Origin: a virus
Taxonomy: Duplodnaviria; Caudoviricetes
Strand: one strand, 5' to 3'
Virus record (IMG/VR): IMGVR_UViG_3300022407_001435
Location: 1-32,701 of that record
Length of the DNA: 32,701 bases
Positions 26,713 to 32,701 of this stretch are shown here, in pieces. Every line of letters starts with the position of its first letter. Within the stretch, counting starts at the first letter, position 1. Below the pieces are notes generated by a model that had not been told where the DNA came from, searched no databases, and was given only the letters and a program-made list of their open reading frames with translations. Position numbers and translations under genes: made by a program.

Positions 26713-28110
26713 TCAAATATCAACAGTTGTTATTGTATCACGTGAGATGTAATCACGCACTGCGTTAAGCAGTTTTTGTTGTGTTTTGTCCTTGCGTCGC
26801 ACGGCCATGAGGATGGCCTCATCTACGGTGTCTTGCGCAATGATGTGATGCACAACAATGTGGTTCTTTTGGCCTTGCCGCCAAATCCTGCGAATGAACT
26901 GCTCGTAGATTTCAAGACTCCAAGTCAACGAGTACCAGATGACAGCATGGCCCGCGCCTTGTAAATTAAGCCCGTGGCCTGCAGACATAGGATGCGCCAG
27001 CAAGACAGGTATATCTCCCGAGTTCCAAGCGTCAATAATAGCATCAAGCTTATGGCCAACAACGCCAGAACCAATAACAGGAGCATTAGGAAAAGCTTCT
27101 TGCAAGCGCTGCAAATCGTGGTGAAAATGGTAGCCAATGATGCAGGGCTGTCCAGACAACTCTTCAACCAGCTCTTGAGCAACTTCAGTTTTCGCATCAT
27201 GTAATTTCGTAGTAATTCTGCCATTGCCCGTGCCGTCATCATCCAAGTACGTACCGCCATTGGCGATTTGCTGGCCTTTCATAACTGCAACGGCGGCGTT
27301 GGCCGCTGTAACATTGCCGCTATTCAGCGCAATGGTTAGGTTGTCCTCAAAGTGCTTGTAGATCTTTTTGGCCTCTGCAGGTAGCTCTACCTTGATGTCG
27401 TTGTAGGTTAGCTCTGGCAGGTCCAGATGGTCCAGAGCAGCCATTCGCAAAACTTTGCCTTCCAGCTTTTCATGGATGCGTGCCTCCCCATCAGGCTGAA
27501 GCTTCCACTCATACCCACCGTAGCCTGAAGGGTAAAAGAACTCAGTGCGAAAGCGAGATACAAACGGCCCGAACGTTGCGCCTTGGTCCACAATGTACTG
27601 CGGGCCAAAGATGTCAAGCAAACTATTTGGCGCAGGTGAGCCTGTTAGACCCCAACGGCGATCAAACTTGTTCAGCAAAGGCTTTAGGCATTTGAATCGC
27701 TGTGTTTGCGTGTTCTTTAAGTAGCTGATCTCATCGATCGTAAGGATCTGGAAAGGCCAGTCCTTGCCATTCAATTGCGCAGATAGCCATTGCAGGCCTT
27801 CAAAGTTAATGACGTAGATGTCATGGTTTTGCTTTAAGACCTTGGCCTTGTTGCCACCATGCAATACGCCTACAGAGTAGTCGGCAAACTGCTCCCACTT
27901 TTTAACCTCCGCAGGCCACACGCCATGCACAGGTCTAAGTGGCGCAACAACCAGCATCTTTCGCGCCATGCCTTTGCTTTTAAGAATGCGAAAGGCCGAC
28001 AGCACAATGGCAGTCTTACCTAGGCCGGGGTCAAGCCATAGTGAGCCTGAACCATGCGCAACAAGAAACTTTACAGCTTCTTTTTGGTATTCATGCGGTT
28101 CCCAATACAT
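26713..28110 (-). CDS. SNF2-family helicase
   Basis: Likely start ATG 28110 (MYWEPHEYQ). Motifs DPGLGKT, DEIS, LTGSP, GHGLNLQ and Q..RRIWRQGQ. Confidence 0.92.
   Translation of the reverse strand: MYWEPHEYQKEAVKFLVAHGSGSLWLDPGLGKTAIVLSAFRILKSKGMARKMLVVAPLRPVHGVWPAEVKKWEQFADYSVGVLHGGNKAKVLKQNHDIYVINFEGLQWLSAQLNGKDWPFQILTIDEISYLKNTQTQRFKCLKPLLNKFDRRWGLTGSPAPNSLLDIFGPQYIVDQGATFGPFVSRFRTEFFYPSGYGGYEWKLQPDGEARIHEKLEGKVLRMAALDHLDLPELTYNDIKVELPAEAKKIYKHFEDNLTIALNSGNVTAANAAVAVMKGQQIANGGTYLDDDGTGNGRITTKLHDAKTEVAQELVEELSGQPCIIGYHFHHDLQRLQEAFPNAPVIGSGVVGHKLDAIIDAWNSGDIPVLLAHPMSAGHGLNLQGAGHAVIWYSLTWSLEIYEQFIRRIWRQGQKNHIVVHHIIAQDTVDEAILMAVRRKDKTQQKLLNAVRDYISRDTITTVDI
26732..26742 (-). promoter_or_regulatory. 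Extended -10 promoter variant CGTGATACAAT
   Basis: 9/11 match to the other two copies. Lies inside the helicase 3' end, upstream of the modification cluster. Confidence 0.45.
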
Positions 28111-28381
28111 AGTCAATGCCTTCTTTAGAGTCAATTATGTGCACTACATGCTTACGTTTGCGTAAATCGTTATGTAGTAAATCCTGCAACGCTGATGTTT
28201 TACCTCCGGGTCGCTTTAACTCCACCCATAACACTTTTTCGTTAGGCAGCACAACGATGCGATCGGGCCAACCTCTTGCGAATCTGACGTTAAGCTTAAG
28301 CGTTAGCAGGCCACGCTTTTTGCATGCTGCTGAAAAGTAGCGTTCTAGATCACGTTCAAGAATGACTTTTTCTTTTACCAT
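28091..28381 (-). CDS. VRR-NUC domain nuclease
   Basis: LE.DLE, GWPDRIV, WVELKRPGGK...LQ. Likely start is ATG 28381. Confidence 0.88.
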   Translation of the reverse strand: MVKEKVILERDLERYFSAACKKRGLLTLKLNVRFARGWPDRIVVLPNEKVLWVELKRPGGKTSALQDLLHNDLRKRKHVVHIIDSKEGIDYVLGTA

Positions 28382-29010
28382 TGGCAAGGCCCGCCGTTTG
28401 CTTTACGAAAGTGACACCACCTGCAGCCATAGGCAGGCTTTGGCGCAAAGATGTCGTCATTTTCAATCTTGCCAACTCGATTTTGCAACCACTGTTGTAA
28501 TTCTTGAAAGTTTTCACGTAAATACTCGCGGCTTGGCACACGCTTTTGTAAGTCAATGTAGCACACCTCGGTTGTTACGGTCTGCACCTCGGGGTAGGTT
28601 GCCAAGACGATAGCGGCGTAAAGCTTTAGCTGGTCATCGTAGTCACGCTCTTTACCTGTTTTCCAGTCCAATACGTGGGCATGCGTGCCGTCAACGTAGA
28701 TAGCATCATAGATGCCGCGTACCCATGCCACGGAGTCATTAAAGCCGCAGACGTTCCACTCTTTTGTGATGGCAAATTGCACCTCACTAGCAGTACGCTT
28801 GCCCTGCAGTACTTGCATGTAGTCATCCCAATACGCAAACTCAGTAGGCAACGTTGGCACAGCCAGTGCTTTTTCAAACACGGTATGAATATTGGTGCCA
28901 CGCACGGCGGCATCGCCTGTAGGCTCTTTTAGCCTGTCAATGCGCGTAAGCTTATATTTATACGGGCATTGCTCGTACGTTTTGATACTTGAATTTGAGT
29001 ACGCTGTCAT
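28375..29010 (-). CDS. PD-(D/E)XK Cas4/RecB-like exonuclease with four-Cys (Fe-S) staple
   Basis: S.SSI.TYEQCP, G..IH, RGIYD, LDWKTGK, QLKLYA and CRWC......C. Confidence 0.88.
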   Translation of the reverse strand: MTAYSNSSIKTYEQCPYKYKLTRIDRLKEPTGDAAVRGTNIHTVFEKALAVPTLPTEFAYWDDYMQVLQGKRTASEVQFAITKEWNVCGFNDSVAWVRGIYDAIYVDGTHAHVLDWKTGKERDYDDQLKLYAAIVLATYPEVQTVTTEVCYIDLQKRVPSREYLRENFQELQQWLQNRVGKIENDDIFAPKPAYGCRWCHFRKANGGPCQW

Positions 29011-29252
29011 TTGCTTGCCTGTGCTTTTGAGTAAATTGTGAAAGGCGTACTATGTACGCCGGTTTTATACAAGTGCGGGTATAGTTTTTTAAGCACTTGT
29101 GAAGGCTGAGCGCGCCAGTTAAAGTCGTTGTTTTTTGACTTTGGCGTATTAGTGCCAGGCCAGTACTCAATTCGTTGTGTAGGCTTCAAAACAAAACATC
29201 CTTTGGTTGCGTCATATCGTATTAGATCAGTTATGGCAATGGCGTTACTCAC
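29007..29252 (-). CDS. Hypothetical protein
   Basis: GTG start. ATGA coupling to the exonuclease. WPGTNTPKS.NN.FNWR motif. Confidence 0.5.
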   Translation of the reverse strand: MSNAIAITDLIRYDATKGCFVLKPTQRIEYWPGTNTPKSKNNDFNWRAQPSQVLKKLYPHLYKTGVHSTPFTIYSKAQASK

Positions 29253-29264
29253 GTGTTGTATCTT

Positions 29265-31127
29265 TCATTTAACCTCCTGATATGTATTGCCAATTTTGTA
29301 GTCACTGACCATAGGCACATCCATGCTAATAGCACTACACATAGCTGCAACAAGGCACTCAGCTTCGCGTACTGCAAACTCTTCAGGCGCAGAGATGACC
29401 AACTCATCATGAACGCTGAGCAGTAAACGGCTGCCATTACGTGTCTTTTGGTACAACAGCATGGCTGCCTTGGCCTGATCGGCGGCTGAGCCTTGAATGA
29501 GCAAGTTAACACCTTTGTAGTCGAACTCACGAAGGCGACCATTGATGATCTTAGGTGGCTCCATTTTGATCAGACGCCCGCCAATGGTTTTTAATGGCTG
29601 ATTCAATTTATACCTTGTACGCATGGTGGATTGCATCGTCTTGAGGCCCGGAGCCACCGACGTTGTGTATGCATCCATCAATGTTTTGGACAGGTCATAA
29701 CTAATCTCCAGCATTTCGCTGATTTTCTTTGGGCCTGCGCCATACAAAATCGCAAATGACACGCCTTTAGAGTAAGTACGGCTGACCTCTTGGCCTGCTG
29801 CATCCGTCATCAGCTTGGCTGCGTAGGTATGCAGGTCAGCTCGAGCGTCGGACTGATACTGCTGCATTAAACCGCCTCCTTCAAAGTGAGCAAAGATGCG
29901 TAACTCTTGCGCGTTAAAGTCGCATGCCACAAGCTTATGACCCTCATCGGCTAGCAGAAAGCTACGAATGAGAGGAAGCGGCGCAACATCAAGGCCTTCA
30001 GGCATCACAATCTCATTGCGCCCCATGCTTGCGTTAGCCGAAGCCGCCACAATCTTTGGGTAGCGTGTAGGCGCATTTTGAAAGTTAGGCGTAGAACTTA
30101 GGCGACCTGTACGTGTGCCACCCCGCTCGCCACGTACGGAGTTCCAATTGGTGTAAATGCGCCCTGTCCTTGCGCTGGTCAAAAGCCATGGCTCAATAAA
30201 CGTTGACAGGCAGGTTGATAGGTTGGCGCGGTAACGCAGTACGCCTTGCAATGGCAGATGCGTAATGATCTCTTCAAAGGTTTCCTTATCGGCCTTAGGG
30301 GAACCCTTATCCGTGGATGGCCAGCCATTTGTTTTATCCCAGTACTCGGTGGGATAAATACTATCAACCAGCTGCCGATCGCTGTCAAGATTCAATTCAG
30401 GAGAACCTAACAATGCACGAACCCAAACGTTACACTTTTCAATGTCTACTGTGGCTTGCTCTTTGGCTTTTTGTAAGCCATCACGATCAACCCTTACGCC
30501 TAGACGTGAGTTTTCAAGCAACATTGGGATCAGCTCAATCTCACGCAGGTAAGGCTCAGTTTGCGCAGGCAACACGGCGGCGTTAAGGTAGTCATACAGC
30601 TTGCTGGTAAGACGTACGTCAGCCGCTGCGTATCTGCCAACCAACTCAACGGGGCCACGAGAGATGTAAGCACCCCAGGTAGACTTTTTACGCCTAGCCT
30701 CATCCACGTGGGCAATAATCCATTCTTTCAGCTCATCTCTTTCGCTAGGGGTATCCAAGCCCCACGTTACGACCAGATCTTTTAAAGATAAAGACTGCAC
30801 ATGTGGGTCATGCAGAAAAGCAAGGATAAGGGTATCATGCACACGCGTGGGGTCTTCAGGGATAGGCATATCCAAATGCGTTGCAGCCACGTCAAGGTCA
30901 AACATTGCATTATGAAAGCAGAGAGCGCGGCCGCTGTCGTACATTAGCTCCATCATAGCCTGCACGGCTTGCTTGGTTGTGTTGTTGCCTTCAGCGTGGC
31001 CAAAAGCATGATAGCCATCTGGGTACTGGCCCTCGGGGTCATACACGGCCAAGCCTACCGGCACAGGCGGGTAGTCTGGCCGAGGGCCAATGGCCATAGT
31101 CTCAAAATCAAGAAAAATAGGCTGCAT
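29265..31127 (-). CDS. polA: DNA polymerase family A (3'-5' exonuclease plus polymerase)
   Basis: Exonuclease motifs DFET, HNAMFD, YAAAD. Polymerase motifs TGRLSS, DFNAQELRI, R...KGVSFAILYG, IQGSAAD and VHDE. Confidence 0.95.
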   Translation of the reverse strand: MQPIFLDFETMAIGPRPDYPPVPVGLAVYDPEGQYPDGYHAFGHAEGNNTTKQAVQAMMELMYDSGRALCFHNAMFDLDVAATHLDMPIPEDPTRVHDTLILAFLHDPHVQSLSLKDLVVTWGLDTPSERDELKEWIIAHVDEARRKKSTWGAYISRGPVELVGRYAAADVRLTSKLYDYLNAAVLPAQTEPYLREIELIPMLLENSRLGVRVDRDGLQKAKEQATVDIEKCNVWVRALLGSPELNLDSDRQLVDSIYPTEYWDKTNGWPSTDKGSPKADKETFEEIITHLPLQGVLRYRANLSTCLSTFIEPWLLTSARTGRIYTNWNSVRGERGGTRTGRLSSTPNFQNAPTRYPKIVAASANASMGRNEIVMPEGLDVAPLPLIRSFLLADEGHKLVACDFNAQELRIFAHFEGGGLMQQYQSDARADLHTYAAKLMTDAAGQEVSRTYSKGVSFAILYGAGPKKISEMLEISYDLSKTLMDAYTTSVAPGLKTMQSTMRTRYKLNQPLKTIGGRLIKMEPPKIINGRLREFDYKGVNLLIQGSAADQAKAAMLLYQKTRNGSRLLLSVHDELVISAPEEFAVREAECLVAAMCSAISMDVPMVSDYKIGNTYQEVK

Positions 31128-31128
31128 A

Positions 31129-31455
31129 CTATGCGCGTGCCGTGATTGCTTTGATTGCCCACATAGATGCTGTTTCTGCGTGTGTAATGGCTACGCTGTA
31201 TTGGCGAAGAATCTCTGAGTCATGGTGCGACTCACGCAAAATCTTGACATACGCAATAGCGTCTTCAAACAACTGCTTAGTAGCATTGACACGGCGAATC
31301 TCGTCATCTGTTAACGCGCGGTAGCCTACCAGCTGTTGCGAAGGCGCGGGGAACATTTCTTGCTGATGAGGTGTAACATCCAATGGCGAAGGCTGCGGGG
31401 CCTCTGGCGCCACGCCTGATGGCTCTGGGGTTCTAAAAATGTGCTTGCTTGGCAT
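31129..31455 (-). CDS. Acb2-like (Acb2/Tad1 hairpin family) cyclic-nucleotide sponge candidate
   Basis: GYRALTDDEIRRVNATK and R..S.AIT..E.A.MWA..AI match the Acb2 pattern GYR.L...EI...N..K...R.....T..Q...M...RA. Confidence 0.65.
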   Translation of the reverse strand: MPSKHIFRTPEPSGVAPEAPQPSPLDVTPHQQEMFPAPSQQLVGYRALTDDEIRRVNATKQLFEDAIAYVKILRESHHDSEILRQYSVAITHAETASMWAIKAITARA

Positions 31456-31468
31456 GACATGTTCCTAT

Positions 31469-31492
31469 AAAAAAGTAGGGGCCGAAGCCCCT
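31469..31492 (-). terminator. Intrinsic terminator AGGGGC-TTCG-GCCCCT-AC-TTTTTT
   Basis: Perfect 6-bp stem with a C(UUCG)G tetraloop followed by a U6 tract, just after the stop of 31500-32234. Confidence 0.85.
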
Positions 31493-31499
31493 GTGTTAG

Positions 31500-32234
31500 T
31501 TAGAAGCGATCAGACTGTGTGGCAGGTGCCTCACTGCTTTCCTCATTAACGGCCCCTGCAGTAGCAATGGCTCGATCAACCTCGTTTTGAGCTCGAGCCA
31601 TAATGGCTTGCACAATAGCCATGTCGTCAATGGCCTTAAGCATTTTGAACTCAATTTTGAATTGAGTCTTGGCATCCGGCACGACGGAAATCTCAGTCAC
31701 CACAGCCAGAGGTGGGCGCTTAAGCGTTGCGGCCAAAGTTTGTGCGTAGCCACTGTAGTTCTTCAAGCTAGTTACAGGGGGGCGAAGCGCAGCAATCTCG
31801 GCTCCTGCAACAGCTGTGACCGACCCAATGCTATCGGCAGGGATAAGCAACAGGCGACGCGTTTCGCGGCATGCCTTGCCTTTGCCGCCATTCGTTGAGG
31901 AGCCCCACTCATTTTTAGGACAACCTTCGCATGTTGAGTGCTCAGGTTTTTCAACGGCCGGAGAAGGGCCCATGCCAGTTTGCATTTGCGCAATGGCAAA
32001 GCACTTAGGCCCAACAATCTTGGTAGGGTCGTAGCGTGAGTCGTAATACAAACGCTCGACAGGTGCGGCCAAAATGACGCATGCCAGCTTGCTGTCTGTA
32101 ATAACGTTGCCACGGTAAGTTAACGTACCGCCTTTGGTGGACAGGAACGCAGCGCCGGTTTGCTCTGCCTTGACTGTTTCCAAAGCCAATGCGGCGAGTT
32201 GATCTTCAAAAAGCGCAATTTGATTCTTAGACAT
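31500..32234 (-). CDS. Conserved phage replication-module protein, putative ssDNA-binding/recombination protein with Cys cluster
   Basis: RBS AAGGA. P.CFA...CEGCPKNEWGS...GKGKAC...RRL, PPVTSLK, acidic tail ending in Phe. Located upstream of polA. Confidence 0.55.
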   Translation of the reverse strand: MSKNQIALFEDQLAALALETVKAEQTGAAFLSTKGGTLTYRGNVITDSKLACVILAAPVERLYYDSRYDPTKIVGPKCFAIAQMQTGMGPSPAVEKPEHSTCEGCPKNEWGSSTNGGKGKACRETRRLLLIPADSIGSVTAVAGAEIAALRPPVTSLKNYSGYAQTLAATLKRPPLAVVTEISVVPDAKTQFKIEFKMLKAIDDMAIVQAIMARAQNEVDRAIATAGAVNEESSEAPATQSDRF

Positions 32235-32251
32235 AGTAATTCCTTAACATG

Positions 32252-32617
32252 TTACTTGCGACGAACAGTGATTTCCCAGAGATCCGATGCCTCGGTTCCG
32301 GGGATTACCTCACCCGCTTCCCACCGTTCACGGAATGCTGCTGAGGAGAGCCGCTTATGCAGCAATTCGAATTGGCCAGTACTGGCCACGTAGCCATAGA
32401 AAGCTTGCCAATCTTTGATAGCAGGGTGTTGGGTCAGCTTCATTGTGCAGCTAGCTTTATCGCTAGCAGCTTGGCTGATACCTGCCTCGGACATCAGTTT
32501 CATTAGGTCGCCTTCAAGGCGGCCGAGCTTCTCAGTCTTTTCTTTAATAGTAGCGGACAAGGCTTCGCGCTCGTTTTTGGTTGCAACAAAGTCGTCAATC
32601 AGGTCTTTGATGTTCAC
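32252..32617 (-). CDS. Conserved phage protein (N-terminal coiled coil; DW.AFY.Y......LL.KRLS......GE.IPG)
   Basis: Start reassigned to GTG 32617 after GAAAGG. Confidence 0.65.
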   Translation of the reverse strand: MNIKDLIDDFVATKNEREALSATIKEKTEKLGRLEGDLMKLMSEAGISQAASDKASCTMKLTQHPAIKDWQAFYGYVASTGQFELLHKRLSSAAFRERWEAGEVIPGTEASDLWEITVRRK

Positions 32618-32649
32618 GATGTACCTTTCAAAAATCAATTAGAGGTTTG

Positions 32650-32660
32650 ATTATAACACG
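32650..32660 (-). promoter_or_regulatory. Extended -10 promoter CGTGTTATAAT
   Basis: Identical to 23838-23848; intergenic. Confidence 0.6.
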
Positions 32661-32701
32661 TGTTTTGTGTTGCATCCAAAAGAATGCTAGACATCTCATC
32701 T

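Noticed and set aside
28375-29010. Cas4 as evidence of a CRISPR-Cas system
   Set aside because: No array or other cas genes. A solo Cas4-like nuclease beside polA, VRR-NUC and SNF2 is a normal phage replication module.
29700-29790. Unusual PolA motif B suggesting altered nucleotide selection
   Set aside because: R...KGVSFAILYG keeps Phe at the E. coli 762-equivalent position; nothing clearly atypical is visible by eye.
1-32701. tRNA, rRNA, integrase or transposase
   Set aside because: None recognised; intergenic gaps are too short for structured RNA genes.

Overview
A 32.7-kb segment of a tailed dsDNA bacteriophage genome, most likely a short-tailed (podovirus-like) phage of a Gram-negative host (inferred from the gene set; no host marker is present). 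There are two convergent arms. The + strand (1-22708) carries virion and lysis genes: a long tail fibre with a C-terminal autocleaving chaperone, a short fibre, a Gly-rich adhesin, a GH108 endolysin and a 3TM holin, an adaptor, a 1520-aa nozzle-like protein and four probable ejection/internal virion proteins. The - strand (22705-32701) carries replication and anti-defence genes: a family A DNA polymerase, a Cas4-like exonuclease, a VRR-NUC nuclease, an SNF2 helicase, an Acb2-like protein, and a cluster of glycosyltransferase-like, dNMP kinase/UDG-like and dCMP-type thymidylate-synthase-fold genes that predicts modified cytosine. The most striking observation is inside the nozzle-like gene. A 914-aa insertion is built from ~70-aa beta-rich domains that lack their last strand, followed by exactly as many 13-aa 'closing strands' as there are open domains. 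This reads as a parenthesis-balanced, nested (Russian-doll) and branched single-chain fibre. All functional calls come from motif recognition by eye; no database searches were run.
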